Part shown: positions 19,475 through 30,055 of the stretch, piece after piece | How the letters are laid out: each line of letters begins with the position of its first letter | How positions within the stretch are numbered: the first letter of the stretch is position 1 | DNA from: an uncultured Desulfobacteraceae bacterium | Lineage (GTDB): Bacteria; Desulfobacterota; DSM-4660; Desulfatiglandales; HGW-15 | Length of the DNA stretch: 64,000 nucleotides | Assembly: GCA_964459445.1 (NCBI GenBank) | Contig: CAYWMP010000002.1 | Span: 4,293-68,292 of the forward strand | Direction: 5' to 3' | Notes under the pieces: model-generated | Seen by the model: the letters and a program-made list of their open reading frames with translations, nothing else | What the model was told of the DNA's origin: nothing | Databases searched by the model: none | Made by a program: the position numbers and the translations under genes

Positions 19475-19624
19475 GTTCTTTCTCCTTTCGGATTTCCTAA
19501 TCGTTCAACAGCAAAAGAGAGCCTTTCTATTAGCCACAGACCATTCGGACCCAGATGTCTAATTCATCGGGACATTGTTGTTTCTCTCGCAGAGCTCACA
19601 GAATCGCAGAGATATATCAAGATT

Positions 19625-19753
19625 GATTGCTTAGTTTGCCTGCAACGCAGGCCTCAATCCCAAACATGGGATTGAGAATGGAAAGAAGTGCTGAGGAAAA
19701 ATGAAATCTTTCATTTTTCCTCAGCACATCTTCCTTTATCATACTAAGCAATC
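19625..19753. repeat. nested perfect-hairpin element
   Basis: An 11-bp outer stem (gattgcttagt 19625-19635 / actaagcaatc 19743-19753) encloses three perfect hairpins. These are gcctgc-aac-gcaggc (19638-19652), ctcaatccca-aaca-tgggattgag (19653-19676), and a 19-bp-arm palindrome at 19688-19727. Confidence 0.8.
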
Positions 19754-19862
19754 GAATTTTCAGAATAGATCTCCGTGACCTCCGCCTGCCGGGCCATAGC
19801 TTCAGCGACGGCTGGAGGGCTCATGAGAAAAAAAGGGTGACGACCTTAAATTTTCAAATAAC

Positions 19863-20510
19863 TCAAGTTTCCAGTTGGTAACCCCATTCTTTTGCCATTT
19901 TCTCTCCTCTCTGAACTGCATAGCTCACAGCTGCAGGCGTCATGTCAAATTTCCTGGCCAAATCCACCATAGGCGTTCCCAATTCAACCACAGTCCAATA
20001 ACAGAGCAAATCCCTGGCCTGGACCCGGTCCTTTTGCCTCCCCCTTCCGGTTATGTAATCCTTCTCCATCTGGAATAGGATGGCGACCCTCTCAACAACC
20101 TTTTCAAAATCAAAGCCCAGACTTTTGAGTTTATATTTCCGGGAAAATTGATCTTCCGATTCCGAAAGTACATCACTTACGAAATCGCTCTCCCCTAATA
20201 TTCGTTGATCGCTTTTGATGCGATCCTTTCCGCTAAGCCTCATCTTTTTGACTTCATCCCATCCACCAAGGCTTCTTATCAAACCGCCTCCTACCAACTC
20301 AGGCTGTCTCCCCAAGGGAATGCCTTCTTTTACATAGGATATATACCCCTTTCTCGCTTCACCAATCCTTTTTCCAAAAAAACCTAAAACATATTCAACA
20401 TCTTGCCATTCCCTCTTTTTCTTCCCTATCAAGACGCTATGCCCGCAATAGGAGTAACGAACCAGTTCCTTCAATTCATCTACTATCTTTGCCCTCAAAG
20501 GATTTTTCAA
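19863..20510 (-). pseudogene. 5'-truncated IS200/RAYT-like (Y1) transposase gene retaining the DnaA-like HTH C-terminus
   Basis: Starts at (L)KNPLRAKIVDELKELVRYSYCGHSVLIGKKKREWQDV. In full-length homologues as I recall them, this segment follows the HUH/Tyr catalytic domain. An in-frame TAA lies two codons upstream. The C-terminus (RQKDRVQARDLLCYW..LARKFDMTPAAVSYAV) is HTH-like. Confidence 0.6.
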
Positions 20511-20554
20511 CCTTTATATCCCATGCCAACACTTATGAACGATACCAATTCATT

Positions 20555-20838
20555 GGGGCAAAATATTTGACAGGATAACCTACCTGCGCCAAGGCTTCGG
20601 TAGGTAAACAGGATTAATCCGCCATAATTCTGGCGGATAAACAAGATGTTTTCGGTAATAAAGCGGGAATCGTCAAAAAGCGACGCATAAAGCGGCGTTC
20701 CGATATAGCTATATTGGAACCCAAGTGCTCCACATGATGCTCTTTGACGATCTGCTCAAAAGACCAACCAACCATGATAATGTTTTGAAATTTTTGTGGA
20801 AGATAAGTCATCCTGGCAATCATGTTCATCCTGTCTGA
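20555..20838. repeat. copy B (inverted) of the ~270-bp TIR element
   Basis: The reverse complement aligns with 3570-3834. It includes cctgtttacctaccgaagccttggcgcaggtaggttatcctgtcaaata and tcagacaggatgaacatgattg. Confidence 0.8.
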
Positions 20839-20948
20839 TTATAACTGACCCGAAGCGGCGGTTTTATTATCTTGCAAATCTGCGTTAATCAGCGTCCCAT
20901 TGTTTTTTAAACCCTGCTAACTTAGCACTTCAACCGGAGGAATAGGAG

Positions 20949-21590
20949 TTGCCGACACAGAAGAAATCGGAGGTTCGCCGAAAACAGATCCTCAGTGCCG
21001 CTGAGCGGGTTTTCGCACAAAAGGGATTTCAGGAGTCCACTATTTCCGAGGTTGCGAGAGAAGCCGGCGTCTCGGATGCCACCATCTATGAATACTTCTC
21101 CACAAAGGAAGAGCTCCTGTTTTCGATCCCCGGTGAGACGGCTCGCAGGGGAAAGGAAAATCTGGAGGCGCTCCTTAAAATGGTTCGGGGTGCCGCTAAT
21201 AAACTGCGCGGTATCATCTACCATTATCTTACCTTTTACGAAACCCATCCCGACTATGCCGCCGTGGCCATGCTGATCCTGAAACAGAACAGGAAATTTC
21301 TTGAAACAGAGGCCTACAATGATGTCCGCGAGCTGTCCCGATTGATGATTGATATTATTGAGGATGGAATCTCCTCGGGTGAATTTAAATCCGACACAAA
21401 TCCCTATATGGTGCGGGCCGTGATCCTTGGTGCCATTGAACACATGGTGATCCGCCGCGTCCTTATGGGCAAGCCTGAGAACTTCGCCGAATTTGTTGAC
21501 CCGCTGACCGATTTAGTCTGCAAAGGCATCAGGAGCGAGGGAGAACAACAGCGATGGAACTTCAATGTGACCGTGACACCGTCTGAATAG
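20949..21590 (+). CDS. TetR/AcrR-family transcriptional regulator
   Basis: The N-terminal HTH is RRKQILSAAERVFAQKGFQESTISEVAREAGVSDATIYEYFSTKEELL. TTG start. Confidence 0.85.
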   Translation: MPTQKKSEVRRKQILSAAERVFAQKGFQESTISEVAREAGVSDATIYEYFSTKEELLFSIPGETARRGKENLEALLKMVRGAANKLRGIIYHYLTFYETHPDYAAVAMLILKQNRKFLETEAYNDVRELSRLMIDIIEDGISSGEFKSDTNPYMVRAVILGAIEHMVIRRVLMGKPENFAEFVDPLTDLVCKGIRSEGEQQRWNFNVTVTPSE

Positions 21591-21829
21591 CTAACAATAT
21601 ATTCCTCTCGCCCGCGATCTCCCTTTCAGTGGTGATCGCTCGAGGGCACAGAGGTTTATGAGAGAAACTGACAAAACGAAAGGAAAGGATCGCTTGAGAT
21701 CCCCAGCGGAGGCTGATCTGCGAGCGATCCTGAGATGAAAACACAAACCATATTTTTTTCTTGTCTTTAACTCTGAGATCTCTGTGGGCTCAGTGAGAGA
21801 CAAAAGGCCCTTCATGATATGAGGGATAT

Positions 21830-23158
21830 ATGAGCAAATCATTGGTGGCCATCGTACGATATGAAAAGCCTCTGGAATCGGTCCGGAAGGCCGTTGCGCT
21901 GTCAAAGGGATTTGACCATATCTCCTCTAATGCAAAGGTATTTATTAAACCGAATATTTGCTTTTGGACCAAGGCCGTCCCTTTCCCAAAATGGGGTGTG
22001 GTCACGACCTCCCGCGTGGTGGAAGATATGGTCGTTCTCCTTAAGGAGATTGGTGTTGATGACATTACTATCACCGAGGGGACGGTCACCTTGGATCCCA
22101 AAGACAAGGAGACCCCGGCCCATGCCTTTGAAACCCTGGGGTACGGGATCCTTAATAAGCGCTATGGTGTGAAATATATCAACGTGTTCGAGCGGCCCTT
22201 TGAGAAGCTCGATCTCGGGGACGGCGTAAGGCTCAGTTTCAACGCCGACGTCCTGTCGGGCGATCTGATTATCGATCTGCCTGTTTTAAAAACACACATC
22301 CAGACGGTTGTGAGTCTGGGGATCAAAAACCTGAAGGGTCTCATTGACATCAATTCACGCAAGAAATGCCACAGTGCTGATCCAGAAAAAGATCTCCACT
22401 TCATGGTCTCAAAACTCCCGGACAGACTTCCGCCGGTTTTCGTGCTGTTGGACGGCATCTACACATGCGAGAGGGGCCCTGCCTTTGACGGACGATTGCG
22501 TCGAAGCAACATCCTTGTGGCCTCCTCCGATCCCCTATCCGCTGACATGGTTGGAGCTAAGATCTTAGGCTATGAGCCCGCGCAGGTTCCGCACCTGGTA
22601 CACGTGGCAAAAAAACAGGGACGCGAGCTCGATCTCAGCCGTGTGACCTTGCTCGGAGTGGATTTGGATGAAGTAACATCCTTTCATGAGCACGACGTTG
22701 TCTACATGGAGGACGAAGACGGTGTTCTTCCAAAACCCATGAAAAAGCAGGGAATCAAAGGCCTGTCCTATCCCAAGTACGATCTGTCCATGTGCACCTA
22801 CTGCTCGGGAATAAACGGACTCATCATAAACGCGATCCGCTATGCCTGGAAAGGTGTGGCGTGGGATGATGTGGAGGTCCTAACGGGAAAAATGATGAAG
22901 CCCTCACCGGGAAAAAAGAAAACGATATTGGTCGGGAAATGTATTTATCAGGCGAACAAGGACAATCCGGATGTGCAAGAAATGATTCCGATCAAGGGAT
23001 GTCCACCCAAATCTGAGCATATTGTCAAGGCTCTTCACCAGGCTGGCATTGAAGTTAATCCGGCCCTTTTCGAAAACGTCGATCAATTGCCCGGTTTTTT
23101 CATGCAACTGTATGAAGGGAAACCTGAATTCGAGGCGGCCTTTTTTAAGATTCAATAG
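21830..23158 (+). CDS. DUF362-domain protein (putative Fe-S protein)
   Basis: VFIKPNICFW is typical of DUF362. C-terminal Cys residues: MCTYCSG, GKCIY, KGCPP. Confidence 0.65.
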   Translation: MSKSLVAIVRYEKPLESVRKAVALSKGFDHISSNAKVFIKPNICFWTKAVPFPKWGVVTTSRVVEDMVVLLKEIGVDDITITEGTVTLDPKDKETPAHAFETLGYGILNKRYGVKYINVFERPFEKLDLGDGVRLSFNADVLSGDLIIDLPVLKTHIQTVVSLGIKNLKGLIDINSRKKCHSADPEKDLHFMVSKLPDRLPPVFVLLDGIYTCERGPAFDGRLRRSNILVASSDPLSADMVGAKILGYEPAQVPHLVHVAKKQGRELDLSRVTLLGVDLDEVTSFHEHDVVYMEDEDGVLPKPMKKQGIKGLSYPKYDLSMCTYCSGINGLIINAIRYAWKGVAWDDVEVLTGKMMKPSPGKKKTILVGKCIYQANKDNPDVQEMIPIKGCPPKSEHIVKALHQAGIEVNPALFENVDQLPGFFMQLYEGKPEFEAAFFKIQ

Positions 23159-23176
23159 AAAGTCCTGGAGTAATAA

Positions 23177-24058
23177 ATGTTATCCGTACTCGTCATAGGC
23201 GCGGGATTCATGGGATCGGGCATTGCTCAAGTATGTGCCCAGGCCGGCTACGAGGTTCACCTAATGGATGTGAACAAAGAGAGCCTTTTGTCGGCCCAAA
23301 AGGGGATCGACTGGTCTTTGGCAAAGCTGGCGGAAAGGGGGAGTATCGGGGAATCGCCTGTCGCGGTCAGTGAACGAATCAGCCTTGAGACAGATTTGGA
23401 GGCCGCCAGACATGCGCAATGGGTCATTGAGTGCGCCGTTGAAATAGAAGAGGTCAAGGAGGAGATATTCAAAGAATTGGATAGCCTCGCGTCGGACCAA
23501 ACGCCCCTTGCCAGCAATACATCGACCATACCCATCACGAGGATCGCCCGATCGACCAGTCATCCCCATAGGGTTTTGGGCCTGCACTTCTTTGGCCCTG
23601 TGCCGATGATGGGTCTTGTTGAAGTTGTTAAAGGTGAGGACGCAGCGGAGGAAGTCTATGAACAGGGCGTTGCCTTTGTTCGTTCTCTAGGAAAAACCCC
23701 GGTCTGCGTTAAGCAGGACATTCCGGCATTCGTTATGAATCGGATTTTCTCCGCGGCTTTTAGGGAAGCCATTGGACTGGTGGAACGAGATGTCGTGACC
23801 GTGGAAGATGTGGACATCGGCATGCGATTAGGATACGGATGGTCTGCAGGTCCCTTTGAGATCGCCGATAACGCCGGGTTGGACACCTTCGCTTTGATCG
23901 CTGATTCCCTGAAAAAGTTGGGAGAGGATCATCTTGTTTTTGATTCAGACCTGATTGATCGCATGGTCAAAGACGGGCGTCTTGGCCGAAAGGCAGGGAA
24001 GGGATTTTATCAGTATACATCGGAAGGAAAACGCAAACCCCGGGAAGACAAACCATAA
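23177..24058 (+). CDS. 3-hydroxyacyl/3-hydroxybutyryl-CoA dehydrogenase
   Basis: VIGAGFMGSGIAQV Rossmann motif and 3HCDH C-terminal domain features. 293 aa. Confidence 0.85.
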   Translation: MLSVLVIGAGFMGSGIAQVCAQAGYEVHLMDVNKESLLSAQKGIDWSLAKLAERGSIGESPVAVSERISLETDLEAARHAQWVIECAVEIEEVKEEIFKELDSLASDQTPLASNTSTIPITRIARSTSHPHRVLGLHFFGPVPMMGLVEVVKGEDAAEEVYEQGVAFVRSLGKTPVCVKQDIPAFVMNRIFSAAFREAIGLVERDVVTVEDVDIGMRLGYGWSAGPFEIADNAGLDTFALIADSLKKLGEDHLVFDSDLIDRMVKDGRLGRKAGKGFYQYTSEGKRKPREDKP

Positions 24059-24197
24059 AGGATTCCTCTATTCACCGCAGAGTTCTCAGAGAGCGCAGAG
24101 AGGCTCATAAAACCTGGATGGTTCACTATATTAACATGTAAAGCCAAACGCTTTGGACATAGTTAAAGACAATTGACGGTGGATGAATCTAATAACC

Positions 24198-24335
24198 GGA
24201 GTAATGGAGTGTTGGGTCTTTAAACAGAATTCGAGTCGTAATATTCAAATTTTTGTCGAGTTCTAATTCCGCACATAAACTTTGAAAAAGAGTTTTTTCA
24301 TTACTCCATCAATCCAGTACTCTATTACTCCAACC
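24198..24335. repeat. word-repeat palindromic element (attactcc words)
   Basis: ggagtaatggagtgttgg ... cattactccatc..attactccaacc. Confidence 0.6.
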
Positions 24336-24357
24336 AATCATTCAAGGAGTGGTGCAC

Positions 24358-26490
24358 ATGGAAACGGAATACAAGACAATCAAAGTGACATTGAAAGACG
24401 GTGTGGCGGTCTTCACTATCGACAACCCCCCGGTGAATCAGTTATCATCACAGCTGGGTGAAGATTTCAGGGCAGCGATCACAGGGGCCTATGAAGATGA
24501 TGGGGTGAAGGCCATTGTCATAACGGGAACGGGCAGGAACTTTATTGCAGGTGCAGACATAACCCGACTCCAGACCGTGGAGGACAGGGATGAGATTCTT
24601 CAGATAGCTCTGGAAGGCGCAAGGTTCCTAAACAGTATTGAAATCGGTCCAAAGCCCGTTGTGGCGGCGATCAACGGCAATTGTCTCGGAGGCGGCCTCG
24701 AAACCGCCATGGTGTGCCATTACCGGGTTGCGGCAGAGGGGGTTAACCTGGGTCAACCGGAGGTGCAAATCGGCGTGATTCCAGGGGCCGGCGGTACCCA
24801 GAGACTGCCGCGGCTGATCGGATTGCCCAATGCCATGGAGATGATCACGGTCGGAAAACCAATCAAAGCGGAAAAGGCCTTCAGCCGCGGACTTGTGGAC
24901 GAAGTAGTCGAACCCGAGCAACTCGTGGATGCGGCCTTGAAGGCAGCAGGTTGGTTTCTTTCGGGCGAGCTCAATCAACAGATGCGTATGACGCGCAACA
25001 GGAATGACAGAATTCCAAGCGCCGCAGAAAAGATCGCATTGGTGAACTACGCCAAGTTTACGGCTTCTCAAAAGGCCAAAGGCTATATCGCACCTTTCAA
25101 GGCTATTGAGGCGATTGAGATGGGTCTGAGTTATGACATTGAGGCGGATATCGAAAAAGAGGTGGGCTTGTTTGCCGACTGCGCGGTCTCCGATGTGGCC
25201 AAGAACCTCATTGGAATTTTTTTAAACACCCGGGCTGCAGGCAGGCTGCCTCGAATCAAGGACGTCGAGCCGGCCAGGATAAAGAAGGTGGCCATGCTCG
25301 GTGGCGGTGTCATGGGCTCGGGGATCTTAAATCTCCTTTTAAAGGGCGGTTGTGAAGCGATTCTATGGGATATCAATGATGAGGCTATCGAAAAGGGAAT
25401 AGCGTCAATGCGCAAAACCTTTGATTTCCCCATAAAGAAAAAGAAGATGACCAAGGCCGATCTGGATAACATGATCGAGACCCAGTTCAAAAGGACAACC
25501 TCGCTGGAGGATTTAAAGGATGTGGACCTGGTTATTGAGGCCGTGCTGGAGGACATGAAGATCAAGCAGGATATCTGGAAACAGCTCGAAGACATCTGCC
25601 GTCCTGAGGCGATATTCGCGACAAACACCTCGGCCCTGCCCATCACGGAGATGGCCTCAATCCTTGAGGATCCGGGCAGGATGATAGGCCTGCACTTCTT
25701 TAACCCGGCCCACCGGATGCCACTCCTGGAAATCATTTGTGCAGAAAAGACATCCGACCAGACCTTGTCCACATGCGTTTCCTTTGCGAGAGCGATCAGA
25801 AAGATTCCGATTGTGGTGAACGACGGTCCGGGATTTTATGTCAGCAGGCAACTCGGCGGATTGATGAGTGGCGCAGTGTACCTGACGGCTGAGGGCGTGG
25901 ATGGGGCGGCCATCGAAAATGCCGTGACGGATTTCGGTATGCCCATGGGGCCCGCAACCCTCTCTGACCTCACGGGTATTGATATTAACTACCATGTCTC
26001 CAGGATCTTTGAGAAGCGGTTAGGGGAACGTTATAAAGTCCATCCTCTCACCGAGGCGATATACAACACGGGCTGCTACGGCCGAAAGACGGGCTCCGGT
26101 TATTTTGACTACAGTGGTGAAGAACCCGTCCCCAACCCGGTCGTTATGGAAGCGGTTCAGGGGTATCTTAAGGAGAAAGGTGTCGAGCCGAAGAAGATGT
26201 CAAAACAGGACATTGTGGATTTGATGCTGGCTTTGGGGATCAATGAGTCGGCCTTGATGATAGAAGAGGGGATCTGCGATAGGCCTCAGGACATGGATCT
26301 TGCCATGATTTACGGCACGGGATTTCCGCCCTATCGCGGGGGCATCCTGCGTTATGCCGACAAGTGGGGACTAAAAAATGTGTACGAGAAGCTGGCAGAT
26401 CTGGAGCAGCAGTACGGTCTCCGATTCAAACCGGCCGATCTGATCAAAGAGATGGCTGAAACCGATAGGACATTCTATCAAGAGCATTAG
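24358..26490 (+). CDS. fused enoyl-CoA hydratase / 3-hydroxyacyl-CoA dehydrogenase (FadB/FadJ-like)
   Basis: N-terminal crotonase (GRNFIAGADI, GGGLE). Central Rossmann motif MLGGGVMGSGI. AGGAG lies upstream of the ATG at 24358. Confidence 0.85.
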   Translation: METEYKTIKVTLKDGVAVFTIDNPPVNQLSSQLGEDFRAAITGAYEDDGVKAIVITGTGRNFIAGADITRLQTVEDRDEILQIALEGARFLNSIEIGPKPVVAAINGNCLGGGLETAMVCHYRVAAEGVNLGQPEVQIGVIPGAGGTQRLPRLIGLPNAMEMITVGKPIKAEKAFSRGLVDEVVEPEQLVDAALKAAGWFLSGELNQQMRMTRNRNDRIPSAAEKIALVNYAKFTASQKAKGYIAPFKAIEAIEMGLSYDIEADIEKEVGLFADCAVSDVAKNLIGIFLNTRAAGRLPRIKDVEPARIKKVAMLGGGVMGSGILNLLLKGGCEAILWDINDEAIEKGIASMRKTFDFPIKKKKMTKADLDNMIETQFKRTTSLEDLKDVDLVIEAVLEDMKIKQDIWKQLEDICRPEAIFATNTSALPITEMASILEDPGRMIGLHFFNPAHRMPLLEIICAEKTSDQTLSTCVSFARAIRKIPIVVNDGPGFYVSRQLGGLMSGAVYLTAEGVDGAAIENAVTDFGMPMGPATLSDLTGIDINYHVSRIFEKRLGERYKVHPLTEAIYNTGCYGRKTGSGYFDYSGEEPVPNPVVMEAVQGYLKEKGVEPKKMSKQDIVDLMLALGINESALMIEEGICDRPQDMDLAMIYGTGFPPYRGGILRYADKWGLKNVYEKLADLEQQYGLRFKPADLIKEMAETDRTFYQEH

Positions 26491-26529
26491 GAAGAGCGTA
26501 TCTGTTCCTGAGTTGGTTGAGTTTGTGGA

Positions 26530-26757
26530 AAACCCAAAATACAAATCCCAAATAACAAACAAATTCCAATGACCGAAATTCAAAATCCCAAACCGGCCAT
26601 ATGATTATGATAAAAGCGGCACTCGTAGCGCAGGCGTCATGTGCAGCAGGAATGAGTTGAAAAAGGCATTTCCATTGGCGGTGCAATAATCGAAATTGTT
26701 TGGGACATTGGTGCTTGAGATTTATTTGTAATTTGGTGCTTGGTTATTGGGATTTAA
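26530..26757. repeat. word-repeat palindromic element (aaatccca words)
   Basis: aaatcccaaataac (26543-26556) versus gttattgggattt (26743-26755). The arms extend as degenerate word repeats. Confidence 0.65.
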
Positions 26758-26831
26758 TAGCTTTATAGATAGATACGAAAGCCTTATTGGTGCAATGAAT
26801 TGCTAATAGCTTATCGATAGGAGGTAGTAAG

Positions 26832-28037
26832 ATGAAAGAAGTGGTTATAGCAGGGTATTTGAGGACGGCACAGTCCCGGTCCAGGCCAAGAGACCCGGCG
26901 AGGGACTGGTTCTGTAAAATGAGAGGCGACGAACTCCTGGCCAAGTTGCTTCCTGAGGTCATTGAGAGGACCGGAGTCGATCCAAAGGAAATTGACGATT
27001 TTCTTGTGGGATGTGCGACAGCCGTAGGAGAGCAATGGGCCTATGGCGGACGTTTTCCTATTTTCCTTGCGAACCTTCCCGAGACCATATCCGCCAAATT
27101 TGTGGATCAGCAATGCGGTTCGGCCATGGCGGCCATCCAAATAGGATTTATGGAAATTGCACAGGACTTCGCAGATATTGTCCTGGTGGGCGGCTACGAA
27201 CACATGACCCGAGTACCCATGGGCGGTTACCTGGTGGATCGTGGTTACATTGCACCCAACACGACTCTTTTCACGTATCCATCCCATCAGCATTGGGATA
27301 TGATGACGAGCATGAATATGGGCCTTACCGCTGAGAAGCTATTTTCCCAAACGGATTTTACCAGAGAAGATATGGATCGTTGGGGCGCGCGGTCCCATCA
27401 GTTGGCCGCCAAGGCTCAAGACGAAGGTTTTTTTGAAGGCGAAATCCTGCCCATTGAGGCGCCACAGGATGACGGGACCACCCTGAATGTGAACAAAGAT
27501 CAAGCCGTACGACACGATGCCACCTTTGAGGGCATGGCTGATCTCAGACCCGCCTTTAAGAAGGACGGCGTCATCACAGCAGGCAACTCATCTCCGCTGA
27601 ACGCGGCCGCCACTTCCATGGTGCTCATGTCAAAAGAAACGGCCATGAAAAAGGGGATTAAACCTTTGGCCACAGTCAGGTCCATCGGCTTTGCAGGTGT
27701 GGATCCCACTGTCATGGGCATAGGGCCCATTCCGGCCAGCCAAAAGGCCCTTGAAAAGGCGGGACTTCAGGCCTCGGATATCGACTTTTGGGAGATCAAC
27801 GAGGCCTTTAGCATCGTGGCCCTCAATTGTATTAAGGAATTGGGTTTGGAGCCTGACAGGGTTAATATCATGGGCGGCGGCACGGCCATCGGCCATTCTC
27901 TTGGGGCCACGGGCATCCGTTTGGTAGGCACCCTGGCTCGCGTCCTGGAAGCAAAGGGAGGGCGTTACGGATGTGCGAACGCGTGTGTCGGCGGCGGGCA
28001 GGGCGTGGCCACTATCATTGAGAGGGAGGAGTATTAG
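26832..28037 (+). CDS. acetyl-CoA C-acyltransferase (thiolase)
   Basis: QQCGSAM active-site Cys region, NEAF, and C-terminal GCANACVGGGQG. Confidence 0.9.
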   Translation: MKEVVIAGYLRTAQSRSRPRDPARDWFCKMRGDELLAKLLPEVIERTGVDPKEIDDFLVGCATAVGEQWAYGGRFPIFLANLPETISAKFVDQQCGSAMAAIQIGFMEIAQDFADIVLVGGYEHMTRVPMGGYLVDRGYIAPNTTLFTYPSHQHWDMMTSMNMGLTAEKLFSQTDFTREDMDRWGARSHQLAAKAQDEGFFEGEILPIEAPQDDGTTLNVNKDQAVRHDATFEGMADLRPAFKKDGVITAGNSSPLNAAATSMVLMSKETAMKKGIKPLATVRSIGFAGVDPTVMGIGPIPASQKALEKAGLQASDIDFWEINEAFSIVALNCIKELGLEPDRVNIMGGGTAIGHSLGATGIRLVGTLARVLEAKGGRYGCANACVGGGQGVATIIEREEY

Positions 28038-28136
28038 TTGCGGGTTACGGGTTGCGGGTTGCTTGCCCGCCTTCTTTCTGGCGGGCTCGTTGCTCGTTGC
28101 TGATAGACATCAGCATAAGAGCTTGGAGGGGGTACC

Positions 28137-29957
28137 ATGGGCATCAATTATTTTCGGAGAAATGACAGGGATTTGAAATTTGTGCTTTTTGAGCAGCTCG
28201 ATATTGACAAGCTTTTATCCTATGAGGCCTACAAGGATTTCTCTGTCGATGATTTCACCATGATTATCGATGAGGCTATCAAGGTCTGCAAAGAGGTCCT
28301 GGGGCCGGCCTATCAGGATGGCGATCGGGAAGGATGCACCTATGAGAGCGGTGAAGTCAAGGCCCCTGCCTCATTTCATGAATGCTGGAAGGTCATGGCC
28401 GAAAATGGCTGGTTGGCGGTTTCGAGTAGTCCCGAATTTGGGGGTCAAGGGTTGCCCTATACCCTGGGCGGCCTTGTAAGCGAACTTTTTACAGGTGCCA
28501 ACATGGCCTTTTTGTGCTTTCCGGGCCTGGCGGTGGGCAACGGTCACCTGATCGAAAACTTCGGCACAGACGAGGACAAGGCCCTGTTCGTTGAGAAAAT
28601 GTACACTGGCGTATGGGGCGGCACGATGTGCCTGACAGAGCCTGATTCCGGCTCCGACGTGGGCTGGTTGCTGACCAAGGCCGTCCCCGACCCGGATTCA
28701 GACGATCCCCGCATTTACAGGATAGAGGGCACAAAGCGATTTATCACCTGCGGCGAGCACGATCTGACCGAGAACATTATTCACTTGGTGCTTGCTCGTA
28801 TCGAAGGAGCGCCCCAGCGCACCAAGGGGATCAGTCTCTTTGCCGTGCCTAAGATATGGGTAAATCCTGACGGCTCCCTGGGCGAACCCAATGACGTCCT
28901 GTGCGCCGGCATTGAACATAAAATGGGGGCCAATGGATCGCCCACAGCCACGCTCAATTTCGGGGAAAATGGTGTGTGCAGGGGCATCCTTTTGGGTGAA
29001 CCCCACACGGGCATGGCCAAGATGTTCCAGATGATGAATGAAGCGCGAATCGGTTGCGGCGTTCAGGCCCTGGGACTGTCTGCAAGCGCCTATGACACGG
29101 CCAGCCAATATGCCAAGGAACGTGTCCAGGGTCCGCCAGCCACCAACCGTAAGGGGGATCGGGTTCAGATTATAAAGCATGAAGACGTACGGCGATTACT
29201 GATGAACCTCAAGGCCGGAACCGAGGCCATGCGTGCCATGCTGGGCAAAACCATGTTTCTTGTGGATGTCGCGGAACACGACCCGGAAGAAGAAGAAAGG
29301 AAAAAAGCGGGGAACCTCATAGAACTATTGACACCCCTGGTCAAGGCCTACTTTGCGGACTTCGGCTACATGCTGACACGCGACGCTATACAGGTTTTGG
29401 GCGGCGTAGGCTTTTGCAGCGAATTTCCCGTGGAGCAGTATGCCCGGGACATCAAGATCGTGTCCATCTGGGAAGGCACATCCTATATCCAATCCCTGGA
29501 TTTAGTGGGTAGAAAGCTCGGTTTGGACGGAGGCAAGGTCTTTCAGGATTGGATACAGGACGTAATGGGATTCACAGGGAAGCACAAGGAGGATGATGAT
29601 TTCGGACCGGACTTCAAACTCCTCTTCAAAGCGGCCCAGGCAACCGGGGATTTTGCCATGCGGTTTATGCAGTATTTCCAGAATGAAAGGCAACAACTCA
29701 TTCATTTGAGTTCTAATAACTTCCTGGATTGTTTTGCTGAAACGGTACTCGGGCAGTGCATCCTGGAGCAGGGATTGATCGCCCGGGAAAAACTGGTCAA
29801 GGTGGATAAAAATTCGGCGGATGGGATCTTTTACAGGGGAAAGATAGAGACTACCAAATACTTTTGCAGAAACATCCTGCCCAACGTGTTTGCGCGTCAC
29901 ACCGCTCTTAAACAGGAAGATACATCGGCGATTGATATCCCGGAGGAGGCCCTGTAA
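28137..29957 (+). CDS. long (606 aa) acyl-CoA dehydrogenase
   Basis: ACAD N-terminal, middle and C-terminal regions (CLTEPDSGSD, QVLGGVGF..YARD) plus a C-terminal extension. Confidence 0.85.
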   Translation: MGINYFRRNDRDLKFVLFEQLDIDKLLSYEAYKDFSVDDFTMIIDEAIKVCKEVLGPAYQDGDREGCTYESGEVKAPASFHECWKVMAENGWLAVSSSPEFGGQGLPYTLGGLVSELFTGANMAFLCFPGLAVGNGHLIENFGTDEDKALFVEKMYTGVWGGTMCLTEPDSGSDVGWLLTKAVPDPDSDDPRIYRIEGTKRFITCGEHDLTENIIHLVLARIEGAPQRTKGISLFAVPKIWVNPDGSLGEPNDVLCAGIEHKMGANGSPTATLNFGENGVCRGILLGEPHTGMAKMFQMMNEARIGCGVQALGLSASAYDTASQYAKERVQGPPATNRKGDRVQIIKHEDVRRLLMNLKAGTEAMRAMLGKTMFLVDVAEHDPEEEERKKAGNLIELLTPLVKAYFADFGYMLTRDAIQVLGGVGFCSEFPVEQYARDIKIVSIWEGTSYIQSLDLVGRKLGLDGGKVFQDWIQDVMGFTGKHKEDDDFGPDFKLLFKAAQATGDFAMRFMQYFQNERQQLIHLSSNNFLDCFAETVLGQCILEQGLIAREKLVKVDKNSADGIFYRGKIETTKYFCRNILPNVFARHTALKQEDTSAIDIPEEAL

Positions 29958-30055
29958 GATGTCATAAGGTTACAGTGTTAAGTGTTCAGGATTCAAAATT
30001 CAGGGTTTACTAACACCTAATACCCACAACCCGCGACTCGCAGTACGCAGCCTAC

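Noticed and set aside
20614-20829. 71-aa ORF inside repeat copy B.
   Set aside because: The homologous copy A (3570-3834) has stop codons in the corresponding frame, so the element is non-coding.
20922-21443. 173-aa minus-strand ORF.
   Set aside because: It is antisense to the TetR regulator gene, which has a clear N-terminal HTH.
25131-25772. 213-aa minus-strand ORF.
   Set aside because: It is antisense to the FadB/J-like fusion gene.
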